Both the position numbers and the translations under genes were made by a program. A stretch of DNA of 56,342 bases, the filler included, from Sphacelaria rigidula (taxonomy: Eukaryota), in assembly GCA_964200075.2 (NCBI GenBank). It is 4 parts of 4 records of this genome, joined end to end, with 100 filler letters (N's around TTAATTAATTAA, not from the genome) between each part and the next. Parts side by side here need not be neighbours in the genome. Positions count along the whole stretch, not along the records: positions 14,118 to 28,128 come from CAXNAA020002513.1; positions 28,229 to 42,235 come from CAXNAA020002514.1; 2 more parts are not named here. One strand, 5' to 3'. Shown here one piece after another: positions 25,575 through 37,580 of the stretch. Numbering within the stretch: the first letter of the stretch is position 1; each line of letters begins with the position of its first letter. Under the pieces are notes generated by a model, which did not search any database, was not told the DNA's origin, and was given only the letters and a program-made list of their open reading frames with translations.

Positions 25575-26910
25575 GAAGAAAGGTAGGGTACTAAAAATAA
25601 ATAGACGAGGAAAAACTCCTGTGTTGGCCTTCCTCCTGTGTGACCGCGGCTGATGCGCCCACATATGCCGAAAGGTGCGGACTGGCGTCCAGAATAGATG
25701 GCATGACAACACACACAGAGGGGAAGGGACCTCTGAAGAACTCTTCTCAAGAATATAAGGGAAGGCAAGTACCGCAGAAGGAACGCGGACTTTGCAAAAC
25801 AAAAGTAAAACTCTGGCCTTGCTCTGTGAAAGTCTCCTGTCTTGCCAGTACGTGCCTCTTTGTCTTCAAAATACAAAATAACGAAAATAAGAACAATACC
25901 CAGTAGTAGTGGTCGGTCGCCCCAGTGGCTTAATTGGTACCCTCGAATCCTTCTGACGGTTGGGTCGTTGGTTCGAATCTCGATGAAGTCACACGAACTG
26001 GAATTTCTCTCACACCATACCCAACAGTGGAGAGCGACTATGTCGTGGGTATCCGAAGTTCGACTGCATGGTCGACGAGGGAAAGGGACTGCTGAATCCC
26101 TCTCGCGATAAAAAAATAAGGCAAGCACCAGGGGGCTGCGCGGAGAATGTTTTCGGACACGTCCCACCCACCCTTCCCCCCGGGAGATATATTTTCGAAA
26201 ATTGTCATGATTTTTTTTGTCAACTTTGTCGCATCGCAAGAAATTGATCAATAAACCTAATTAGTTTTTTTCTGTTACTTTTGTCACAAGAAATTGATGA
26301 ATAAACACAGACCAAAACCGAAAACTCTGGTGGGCTCTGCGGAGTTTGTATATTTGCTTCTGCTCTTATATATATTGATATAAATATGTACCAGATACTT
26401 CTTGAAAGAAAAATATAAGGGAGCATACGTACTGTGTATGATATATACTTCGTATGATATAGTACTGTATATAAATTATAATAGGGTATATATTAGGGAG
26501 CAGAAGTATACATTAAATACATAATGCATGACATATGATACATAATACATAATGCATGATGATATGGTATCATTTATCATACATTTTATAAGGATCTCTA
26601 CTGTCGACAGCAGCTGACCGTATCCGCCAACGCTCCGGAAAAAAACAGGGCACACACGGCTGGGGGTTCCCCCCCCCAAAAAATAAGAAAAACCATTTCG
26701 GGGCCTACGTGTCCCGGATTCTGTTTTTCGCTGCCCCCTGCAAGCACCGCAGAAGGAAGGTGGAGTACTAAAACATGAAAAAATATTGAAGCTCCCGTGT
26801 TGGCCTTCGCCTTGCGTGACGCCCGCTGATGCCCCCACATCCACATATATATATATACCGAAATGAGGTGTAGACTGCTGGAGTCCAGAATAATAGATGG
26901 GATGACAACA

Positions 26911-26944
<34 letters not shown>

Positions 26945-27080
26945 GCACTACTTACCGACTGACAGATACCGTACGCACCGATGCCCATCGCAAAAGGAAG
27001 GTCGAGTACTGAAAACGAAATGAAAAACTCCGGGTTTGGCGTTTCTCCTGTGTGGCCCGGGCTGGCGCGCCCACACATGC
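25575..27080. repeat. Three diverged direct copies of a ~100-140 bp unit (~25575-25720, ~26750-26915, ~26990-27082)
   Basis: gtactaaaa...ctcc(t/c)gtgttggccttc...gctgatgc(g/c)cccaca...tccagaat...gatgg.atgacaacac. Confidence 0.7.
25915..26135 (+). mobile_element. tRNA-derived SINE (second family)
   Basis: A box TGGCTTAATTGGTA and B box GGTTCGAATC at tRNA-like spacing, followed by a non-tRNA body. Confidence 0.7.
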
Positions 27081-27204
27081 CCCTACTCTAAGAAAAAGTG
27101 GCGTCCACTAACAACAGCGGATTCCCGCAAATGGGGTTGAAAAATTAAATGAGGTTCCACTCAAAAGCCGTGCTTTCCCTAACCAAAATTTATGACAAAT
27201 GACT

Positions 27205-28010
27205 CGATTTGGGGTTGAAAGGGACTCTTCTTGGCCCAAAACAAAATGCTTTCGCACATACCCTTTGGGGGAGCGGAAGGCTAGAAATCTCCCGAAATAG
27301 TTTCAGGGAGGTCGGGACGGATGAGGTCGTCCATGTGAAAGTCATTTGTCATCAACTTAGATCAGGGAGAGCACGGCTTTTGAATTGGACCTCATTTGTT
27401 TTTTAACCCCATCTGCCAGAATCCCTTGTTCACTGTCAGTGCAAACAGGGGGTGGTGGATGAAACTGAGCCATGTTTCTGTTGGCAGGTCCAACTTCTAC
27501 AAGCAGCGCTGCGGAAAATTCCATTTCTGCAGATAGATGCCAGCATAGATATACAACACACTGCTCCCCACCATGCCGGCTTGTCTGCACCACGTGCATA
27601 CAGCGCACACTTCTGTACCTATAACGAAATAGGAGAGAAAACGGATCTGCATATATTCACAGAAAGATTCATATAAAAAACCGTGGTCTCGGCGATGCGT
27701 GCGGTACGAGTAATAAATGCGACCGACCTGACCCCCCCCTCCCCCCAAATCTCCCTGAAGCTATTTGGGGGGTTTCGAGGCTTCCGTTCCCCCACAGGGT
27801 ATGGCCATGTGCAACAAACCATTATCGGGCTAAAAAGCGCCCCCCTTTTCTCTCCCAAATTGAGGCCAAAATGTGTTTTTGCACATACCCTCTGCGGGAA
27901 CGGAAGGCTAGAAACCCCCCAAATAGATTCGGGGAGATCGGAGTGGATGAGGTTGTCCATATATGAAAGTAATATGTCACTACTTTAGGTCAGCAAAGCA
28001 CTGGTTGAAG
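27205..28010. repeat. Composite repeat: direct copies (~27230-27378, ~27860-28004) plus an inverted copy (~27742-27803)
   Basis: gcacataccct.tg.ggga.cggaaggctagaaa.c.ccc.aaatag occurs twice forward and once reversed. Confidence 0.7.
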
Positions 28011-28339
28011 TTGAACTTCAGTTTAATGTTCAACCTGGTGTACCCCCTTTTCTCAGGATCCTCCGTTAAGAGTGGTATATGGTCGGTGAGGTATCGTCGA
28101 ACAACCCGGACACTTTTCGAGGGCTAGCNNNNNNNNNNNNNNNNNNNNNNNNNNNNNNNNNNNNNNNNNNNNTTAATTAATTAANNNNNNNNNNNNNNNN
28201 NNNNNNNNNNNNNNNNNNNNNNNNNNNNCACCCACCCCCCCCCGCCCTGCAAAGAGCAACACACCACCGCCCCGCCCAACAAAAAAAGGGGGCGCCCCCC
28301 CCCCCCCCCCCCCCCCCGGTATCGATCGAAGGCCCTTGC

Positions 28340-29420
28340 GGACGGTACTTCCCTCGGGTTTTCGTCGCATACTGGCTAGCCTCCTCGAACCTCATTTCAT
28401 TGATCAACCTCATTTTATAGCATCCCCTGTTTTCTGCAGTTTCGTGGAGGAGGTGGGAACGTTCGTGCGGGGCTCATCCCCGGCGGTCGTGCAGCAGGAA
28501 CTTCATCGTCGGTTCTCGATTGGAATGCTACTGCCTCATCGCGGCGTATCATGTCAGACGTTGATGCTGATGATACTACGACTGCCCATTGTAGCTCATC
28601 CTACATCATACCTGGCTGGGTTGTTAGTTGGATTAGTACTTGTGGAAGCGCCTCCTTGATCCCGACTACAAGGACTGCCCTCTTAGTCTCCTCGGCTTTG
28701 GCGTTTCCAAGCGCTTCGAATTCCCCCCAGATGGTGTCCAGCTTCACCATAATATCTCCTGGTTCTTCTACATAATTGCATTGTAGATCCTGCAGTCTTC
28801 GTTTCAATGCAAGTAGTTGCACAGACGGCTCGTCCTATGCACGTCCTCCGTAGATCCGTTTCATCTCCAGCCTGGCTTCCCTACCATCGAGGATGCCGCC
28901 GTGCTCGCATCGTGCGACGATGGCTGCGCGGTTGACCCTTCCGTGGCCTGTGCCAGGAGGAACCACAAGGACTGCGTGTTGCGTTGGTGCTTTTCGTACG
29001 CCCTACGCTGGTCGAGTGATGTGGTCGCTGTCGGAACGGCCGGTGTGGTATAATCTGGTCGCAGCAGGGGGTGTAGTCTCTTCCACCATGCGTGCCCAGC
29101 GATGGGGAGTCTCCATGCGCCCCATGTTGATCGCGAGTGCCCACGAGCGCCCGTCTGGACTGGAAACTTGCGTAGGTCTGCCTCCATACTCCTCGAGGCT
29201 CACGAACCTGGGCACTTGTGAGGTGTTTGATGTGGCCGTGGCGCGCTTCCTCGCAGTGCACCGTTTTGTAGCGGAGCAAGGCAATTGTCACGAGAGATCT
29301 TGACGGGTTGAGCAGTCGATGGACCCGTGTGGGGCGTGCTTTTCATTATTCATTCAGATGTCACCCGCTTGTGTACAGCTCTATCTGAACCTTCTCTCTC
29401 TGAATCTCAGCCCAAAAGCC
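28340..29420 (-). mobile_element. Ty1/Copia gag relic (rest lost in gap)
   Basis: SLWFLLAQATEG and QLLALKRRLQDLQCNYVEEPGDIMVKLDTIWGEFEALG resemble UBN2/Retrotran_gag_2; degenerate GGTTATGGGCCC-like primer site near 29405-29420. Confidence 0.65.
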
Positions 29421-29760
29421 TCAACTATAGAGTTTACAATATAGAGCCACGGAGCCGTTCTGGCTCCAAGGAACACTGGCTACAGTACCGGTTACCGGGC
29501 CGTTCCTTGGTACTTTGTACTGAACCGTACTGGCTCCTACCAGGCTGCTTGACTACATGCCCAAGAATCTACGTGTGAGATTTATGCCCAATACATAATC
29601 TGCAGAGGAATCAGTATATTCTTCGCTTTCTGCGACGGTCTTACGGCGTTGTCTGTACTGCACTTTGCCCGCTTCTATTTCACATCCTACACTGTACGAA
29701 ATACGCACACACGCACTAGCTTGCACATATAGTTGCTACCAATAACGCGTCTGCCGCAGC

Positions 29761-30027
29761 TTATAGACTTCTGTCACTCAAGATCAGATTGCCATGTGAA
29801 CTCCTCCCATCACGGGCACATGGACTTCAGCAGCTATGGGTATTCGTATATTAACCCTCAGCATAGTATAGGAGAACAGGACCATAGCCTCTCTCCACCA
29901 GAGTAGCAAAACCGGCTCTACTCGTCATGGAAGTCACCATCACAGAGTCCGGCAATCAGATCCGCAACCCCACCTACAATGTCCCTGACCTTAGGTAACA
30001 ATGGTGGCTAGGTGTACAGCACCCCCA
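29761..30027. repeat. LTR-like direct repeat, copy 1
   Basis: ttatagacttctgtcactcaagatcag...ccttaggtaacaatggtggc, highly similar to 33818-34099. Confidence 0.9.
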
Positions 30028-33000
30028 AAGCTCTCCACTACCAACAAGTAGTTACATCAGAGCTTGACAACCTCAGACATCATTGGTGCCTGATAGTACC
30101 GTCGTTTTCCGCAAAGAATAGCAACCTCTTCCGCTGCTTTCGACAACAGCTTCATACAAGCTTGCCCCACTTCCGAACAACTCGCACGAGATTCCAAGAA
30201 AATATCGTCCATCATGAACATGCAATCACGCTACTTGCACCACTTTCAGTTACAAGGCGATAGCTAGCGCCGAATTCTCAAATATTTGCCCAAAACAAGT
30301 CTCTTGACTCTTCATCGGCACGAAACCGGAAATGTCAGCGAACGTCAAATTCCAGAGCATTCGTGACTCATCGTCCCTCTCATCCGAGACAAGGTACTTC
30401 TCAACATACAAAATGCACTTCTTGTACGTTCAGCACCTGCGCGACGGAGTGCAACAACCAAATGATACACCATCCTCACGCTAGAAGAAAAGAAGCGCCC
30501 AACACGTCTAAAAAGCACCTGGCCTTTTGCTTCTGCAACACCGTAAACAACGTATGCATCGCATGCCTCCCCGCCGTCAAAGCTTCTATGCTTCAACTTG
30601 CCATTGTTTTATCAAGACAATCAAAGGAAAGCCATTACTCAAAGCGCTATTCAAGTCATGCGTACTAATCCAACGACGGCGAACGGACCTCGGACCTCCG
30701 CCATCATTGATCACCCCTCGTGATCTCGTTCTTGAACTCTTGTTTTCGAGCAAATCCCAGACATTTGTATATCTCGTTTGGGCCTTGGACCGTCATATTC
30801 CATCCGCGCATCAGCCAAAATGTAGAAATAATGAATTCCTCGACACTCTTGTAGTCCACCTGCACCAGTTCTTGGAACAAATGGACGCACCATCCACATG
30901 CTCCTCCTTCTAACATGAACAAAAACCAACCACGTGCTCGTTCAAACACATGACAATCCATACAAAAACGTGCCACGGTCAAAGATCATTGATGCATGCG
31001 CGCATGAGGTCTTTATCTTCAACCACCGAAAGCCCTTGCGTCATACCTGCTCACATACGACGAGCCTACGCATTTCGTACCTTTCAGCTCATCTTCACGC
31101 TAACAGCAGGGGTCACCGTCTCCTACAGTCAGTACGAGCCTACGCATTTCGTAGTTTTTTTTCTCATTTTCACGCTAACAGCAGCAATCCATATATATCC
31201 TGCAGTCCGTACGTGCAAACCGCACAAATATTTTTCGACTGTGTTCCTGCGCGAACAAGATTGAACCAGCATCTCTTCATTTAGCATACAGCAAAACATT
31301 GAAAACTGCCCCACCCTAGGTCGTCACCAGATACCATTCATATCAGTACCATTCGAGCAAATTTTCGCACATGCCTGCCAAATTTCCACTCAGCATAATA
31401 TAAAAATCCGCACATGCATGCCAATATTTCACTTAGCGCATGCAATGCCACCTTCCTTGCAGCAAACACCATGCATCGTCCGTGCCAGCCAGATCAGCGC
31501 AACACACACATGCCAAATACCCACGTGTACGCCAGAGTTTTACCCTGCACACGCGATACGATCATACTCGCTCAACAGCCAGTTGCATGCGCGAACATGA
31601 CCACATACCACACAATAACAAGCTGCAACCATTATCAAAACGATTCGCGAATACCAGTCATAATGTCTTTCCTCATTCTCAACAAGCACTCAATCACCAC
31701 AGCACTTGCTCCTCAACATCAGCACCCAACTCGGCGCTCATCACAACAGCAAATCCCTCACGTAATGCCTTCTTTGTAGTCCTCCAGCCCGCTCCTGAGA
31801 AACAGCAGCACTCGAACCACAACCTCGTGCACAGCGTAGAGCAGCGTTTCCACCCGAACACTCGCTCCTTGCGACATGAGTTCAGCTACAGCTCCCACCC
31901 TCGTGGAGCCACTCAGCTCGCCAATAAACGGTATATCCGCACCGCCGAACCGGTGCGACAGGCCATCTACCCCCACAGATACTCGGGCAGTACTGAACAC
32001 CTGTGCTCCAGTCAGTTTTACCTCCGCCATCGCCGCCAAATACGCCAACTGTCCATGTAAACAGCAGTGCACACGACCACCCCAACACCACGCGACGCTC
32101 GTCGTCGCCGTCAGAACTGTGATCGCTAACAGCATCACGAGCTTGCAGCTCGCGCTGCTTACCCGCTTCACGCGGGTCACACGCCCCTGTTGTTTCGATT
32201 ATGCAAGGCTTGTCCACAGCTACGCGCTGCTCCGGCGGCAATTATGCCAACCCGGCATCCACCTGTCCTTCAAACAGACACCCTTGCGAATCATCTGAAC
32301 GATCTCCCGCCATGTCACTGGCGCAGATAGGTTCACCCTGAGCATCGCAAGCCCCAAGCTTGCTCTGCTCACTCTCATCACGAAGATAACACCCCCTTGC
32401 AGCGGCGAGCATGCAAGGTGTGTCCCCAATCACGCTCTGGTCCGGCGGCTACAAGCAACCTGGACATTTGTCGCTCAGCGCTAACTCATCGCAGCAAGTT
32501 AGCTTCGCGCTTCCAACAGCAGCGGCAGCAGCGGCTGGATCAAGTACCCCCGCTTCAGCCACAATCTCCTGCTCAGCGCACTCCTGAACGGCAGCAGCGG
32601 CAGCTGAGCTGTCTGCAGTCCGCTCGAGCTGCGTGGCATGCTCGCCCTCTCCAACAGCAATACCAGCAGCAAACCAATGCTTACCGTGGTAATGTCGGCG
32701 GGCGCGCTCTCATGTCTACCCGGTTTCACAGACACGTGCTGCGTCTCCTTCCCGCTCTGCACAGTGGAAACAGCTGCCCTGTATCGTTGCTAAACACGCG
32801 CCCTACCGACTGCACGTTCAGCGGGTGCACTATCATGCCTATCCCCTCGAGTAGACACATGCTTCTTGGCTTTCACAGTGCAAGCATCTGCCCTGTATCG
32901 TTGTTTCAAACGCGCAGCACCTACTGCACGTTCGGCTGGTGCACTGTCGTGCCTGTCCCCCGGGGCAGACACATGCTGCTCGGCCTTCACAGTGCCATGC

Positions 33001-33817
33001 ACCCCATTCGACGATGCATGCTTGCGCAAAGCGAAAAGCAACTGCTCGTTCTCAACATCATAATCATGCTTCAAGAACGTGTGACACAGACATTTCGCAA
33101 TATCTTTCGGCATGAGCTCAGAAACTGCTGCCACCTCAAAGAGGTTTGTCCACCGCGCGTTCACCTGATTTACATCTCGCAAATATTGCTCGTATTTGCG
33201 TAAAAACTCGGCCGATTTCTCGCTCGAAAACTTGCGGCCGTAGTACGGCATCTCCAGCGCCAGTACAGGAACAACACGAGCATCGACGACGACATATTCC
33301 TGCGCCTGATTTATTTCGGTCAGCAGTACAGCACTCCACACCGCCTTTTTGAAAAACGAAGTCGCCTCCCACTCACAGGAACAACAACTCTCTCCTTACA
33401 CCAAGACGTGCTGTACCACCTTACAACGACAATGGCCACAGCGCTTCTTCCTCACGCAGGTCTCACCACGGGTTTGGAGTCCCTAGACTCCTCTTCATGG
33501 CCGTACCTGGCCAAGCGTAGAACAAGCAACTCTCGCTGGCACCACCAGGCAGTAATTCGCCGCTTTTTCTGGAACGATCTTGAGCTCGCCAGCTGTCGAT
33601 CGACCGCTCGCACCTCACGCACGAGCGATACCACAGCCTGCCCTAGCACTGCCTCAGAACCTTCTCGGCTCTACTTCTCCAACTCCTCGCGACATTAATA
33701 CGCCTTGAGCTGGTCTTGCTTGCTGCAAACTGATCAGGCCTGCAGACTTTCCTATCTTGAAGTGTCAGCTGCTTTTCAGCGGACCTAACGCCTTTTAGTG
33801 GACTTAATGAACTTTCA

Positions 33818-34099
33818 TTATAGACTTCTGCCACTCAAGATCAGATTGCCATGTGGACTCCTCCCATCACGGGCACATGGACTTCAGCAGCTATAGTTAT
33901 TCATATATTAACCCTCAGCATAGTATAGGAGAACAGGACCATAGCCTCTCTCCACCAAGGTAGCAAAACCGGTTCTACTCGTCATGGAGGTCACCATTAC
34001 AGAGTCCGGCAAGCAGACCCGCAATCCCACCTACAATGTCCCTGACCTTAGGTAACAATGGTGGCCACGTCTACAAGCTGACGGTATATAGCACCCCCA
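33818..34099. repeat. LTR-like direct repeat, copy 2
   Basis: As for copy 1. Confidence 0.9.
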
Positions 34100-34533
34100 T
34101 GTACCCAAACTTACAGGCATCCAAATTATATAGACATACGTAGCGCATACCGCGTACTCTGCAGTACGGCACCGCACATTCATGCACGGTATGATGCTGT
34201 CCTGCCACGGTACGGTACGGTTCGGTACAGCACCATACCGTGCTTACAGTGATTCTTATCCCTATCAAAGTACAATAAACCGCGACCAAAATCATGTGCC
34301 TTTTGTATGATCACCTTATTGCTTTGATTTGTTTTTGTAGACTAGCGACCACGTGGTTTTCGAAAAAGATACATGCTATTTAGAGCGTACATTCTACAAG
34401 GTTATCGTCAACAACTGTCCTAGCACCGCCGTATGTGCATATACTGGCAGTCAATGTATGGGATTTGTACAGCCGACTGTGTTCCAAAATTCTCGTGTTT
34501 TACTCAATGGACATGAATTGGGGGCCAAGACGC

Positions 34534-35288
34534 GGAGTCGAAAAAGATACCTATGGTGGTGACCTAACTGTTGCTAGCGTGGTGCAGAGGGGTGCCTTAA
34601 TGCTGCAATCTGGAGCTTTGGTTGCTCTACTCTACTGACTGCCGTCTGCAGATGAGAGGTCACCCCCGTAACAACATGTTATGTACCGAATTTCGTAATA
34701 GCTATCGAAACAGAACAGTTCGATTTTATTAACTACGCCCACATGATTAAAATGACTCTTGTTACCTGAGGAACTGTGGCTTCCCCGTCCCCCCGCCAGG
34801 TATGAAAGAACGACGACAGAGTTTTTGCGGGTGCATGCAACACTCACGGGGCAACAGAGAGTTTGTCCTGTATGAAAATCCCCGTTTTCCCACCTGCGAC
34901 CCGTTTTATGCCGATTGCTTTCTAATAATAACGTTGAACTACCGATTTCTGTTCGGTTCTGTGCTGATTGGCGTATGTCAATGCCAGCACAGTTTGGTAG
35001 TGCTGTTCGACAGTATCTTCGAACGCCTGGCCGCACCCAAAGCGGCCACTTTCCCTCGGGAAACAAGAGTCATTTCAATCATGTGGACATAGTTTATAAA
35101 ATCGAACTGTTTTGTCTCTATACCTGTTCCGAAATTCGGTACACAACATGTTGTTACAGTGGGTGACCTCTCTACAGACGGCAGCCAGTAGAGTAGAGCA
35201 ACGAAAGCTACAGATTGCAGTATTGACACACCCCTTTGGACCACGCGAGCAACAGTTAGGTCACCACCATAGGTATCTTTTTCACTCC
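34534..35288. mobile_element. ~755-bp element with ~245-bp terminal inverted repeats (Mutator/foldback-like non-autonomous)
   Basis: 34534-34780 is the reverse complement of ~35047-35288 (gaaaaagatacctatggtggtgacctaactgttgct... / ...agcaacagttaggtcaccaccataggtatctttttc). Confidence 0.88.
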
Positions 35289-36329
35289 ACATATCAAGAA
35301 GGTCTCCACAAGTGCTTGATCTCTCTCTCTCACACACACCCCAACTGGCCTGTGGCAGGCTCTTGTGGTCGAGCACCTAAATGGTCACAAGTCGGGTAAA
35401 ATCAACGGTGAATAACACACCCCAAGCTCAAACTGGATCTGTCCTTATTTCCGCAGCACCGCCTTTGCTGGCACGTGTGTGACAGAGAATAGTAGTAGCG
35501 GTGACGGGAGCGTTGCACTGTTTTCCAACGACATTTATTTCAGCGCACAGAGGCGCGTCCTGTCTAAAACGAGAGGCAGAGAGAAATCGATCTTCGCATT
35601 GGTGAGCTCTGCAGGCAAGAAGAGACGAAATCTCTCCGCACCTCGATATTCTCTGGGGGTCTGTGCGCAACAACATAGTAACAGGCCTACCGGCACATGA
35701 GAAACTGGGTACATGCTGGTAACATCGATTTTGCCAGTCTCTCGAGCGATTGGTAATCGCCGAGCGAGGACACATAAAGGACACGGGCGAGGAGCTTCCT
35801 CTCTGCCGTTGCTTCTCTCTCTGGTAATATCGTCATCGGCACGCGTGTACACCGCATTTTTTCTGTGCACCTAGCCGCACCTGATTTACTGCTGCAGAGT
35901 TTTGGAGGGAACGATGGTTTCGCTTTGTGCAACTGTTTCGCGTCATCCCTGCAAGAAAAATATGCTACTTGAACCTCATTTAGAGATCGATCCCATTTTT
36001 CAGGATCCACTGTTCGTTACAGTACTCCCTCCCAAAATAGTCTGTTATTTTCGTGCTGTGGCTATTTTGAGCTGTCCCTGCCGTTGTTGTTTTTGCATCA
36101 GTGTGTCATCTTGGTAAGTGCTGGACTACGGTTTTTGCAGGACTACGGTTCTTTCAGGACTCGCATGTATATACTAGGGAGTAATATTCCATTATCGCAT
36201 CACCAAACACCTGAGTTAGCCGTGTGGACATACATTCGCAATCAGTGTATAAGATTTGCATACAGCAGATACTATTGAAAATTCCCTTCTTGCCCCAAGT
36301 CACATGTGAGCAGGGGAGCAGAAGGGTGA

Positions 36330-36685
36330 GTTTCCAACACTTTCTGCTGCCTCTCGAATCTCATACGCTGTTTACGGTGCAGTATGTGGGACTTGCACAG
36401 CAGAAGCTGTTCGCAATGAGTTCTCTCTTTGCCCAATTTCGGTATAAATTGGTGGGCAAAATGGGGGTTTGTTTCGAACAGCTTCTTCTGCTGTACAAAT
36501 TCCAAATTTGCCCTTGTATGGGGTTTGTACAGCAGAAACGGTTTGAAATAAATCCTCGTTTTGCCCAATTTCCAAAATTGGGCAAAATGAGGATTTATTT
36601 CGAACAGCTTCTGCTATATAATGAATTCTACAGATCTTGTAGCAACTAATTGTGAATTTTCAAATTGGGCGAAGCGACGATTAAA
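36330..36685. repeat. Array of alternately inverted ~55-60 bp modules
   Basis: cagcagaagctgttcg...tttgcccaattt alternates with its reverse complement gggcaaaatg...ttcgaacagcttctgct. Confidence 0.75.
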
Positions 36686-37217
36686 TTTCATAAAAGTTCC
36701 GAAATGTAAGACGGGATTTTTATCAGAACGGCTGTGCAGGGCTTTGCCGACATGCCTCCACAGGGTCGCATACAGTGTGTCGAGAAAAACACTATACAAA
36801 ATGCTGGTAGAGGTACTAAGTTGAAAATGCTGTGCAGGGTTGCTGAACCCTGTGGACGCGTCCTACAGGGTGCTATCTGTCCAGGTGTGCAGCACGCATC
36901 TACGCGCCTAGAGTGATCCTCCTAGCTGTTCCTTTTCCCGAGCTGAGCTATTGACGGTATTTCTGCTCTTCATGTGTTGTGCTGTGGTACAATTGGCCTG
37001 GAAATAAACAAGCAGCACAAAGATAGCTTCAGGCAGCACCACCAGTGCTGCAAGAGTCGTCCCTGCATTGTATGATCGTGTAACGTTTTGGAAACACTCA
37101 GGCAGCGCCCACCACAGTCAGCGGACAGTACAGTACAGCACAGCACAGCATCGCACTGTACAATCTGTGCAGCGGACAACCGACAACTGTATGACAAAAA
37201 TCTTCCATTCATATGGC

Positions 37218-37580
37218 ATGAATCACGGGTACATGCTGTATTTCTCCGCTTCGATTAATGCAGCACGAGTCACGTAATTCGTATGCATGTTTTCCAAGTT
37301 GCGCTCTTGAGCAGAATCACAGGTACATGTTTCCCACCTTTCATGCATACGAGATGAATCAAGCGCACGTGTTTCCCAAGTTCTGTTCATGCAGAATGAA
37401 TCATACGTACATGTTCTGCGCCTTCCCTTCATACGAGGTAAATCAAGCGTACATGTTTCCCGATCCGTTTATGTAGTATGAATCAAGCGTAAATGTTCCC
37501 CAACTTCGATTCATACGAGATGAATCAAGTGTACATGTTTCCTGCTACTGATTCACACAGGAATTGTGCTTCGTACATAT
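37218..37580. repeat. ~42-bp minisatellite, ~8 copies
   Basis: Unit approximately atgaatcaagcgtacatgtttcccaacttcgattcatacgag. Confidence 0.85.

Larger units (their letters stand above)
29761..34099 (-). mobile_element. Internally deleted Gypsy-like LTR element between ~270-bp direct repeats
   Basis: Direct repeats 29761-30027 and 33818-34099; gag-like ORF 33341-32790; integrase relics VARFCMDCHVFERARG and FQELVQVDYKSV near 30980-30840. Confidence 0.75.

Noticed and set aside
25915-25990. Functional tRNA gene
   Set aside because: A/B boxes are present, but I see no convincing acceptor stem or terminator and it continues into a repeat body; called as a SINE
25397-26251. 284-aa minus-strand ORF
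   Set aside because: Runs across SINE and repeat sequence, with no domain-like character
32397-33203. 268-aa plus-strand ORF
   Set aside because: Antisense shadow of the gag-like region
35535-36010. Cys-rich stretch resembling a piggyBac C-terminal domain
   Set aside because: Too degenerate, with no DDD core or TTAA termini seen
37218-37580. CRISPR-like periodic repeats
   Set aside because: Units are contiguous and degenerate with no unique spacers, no cas genes and a eukaryotic context
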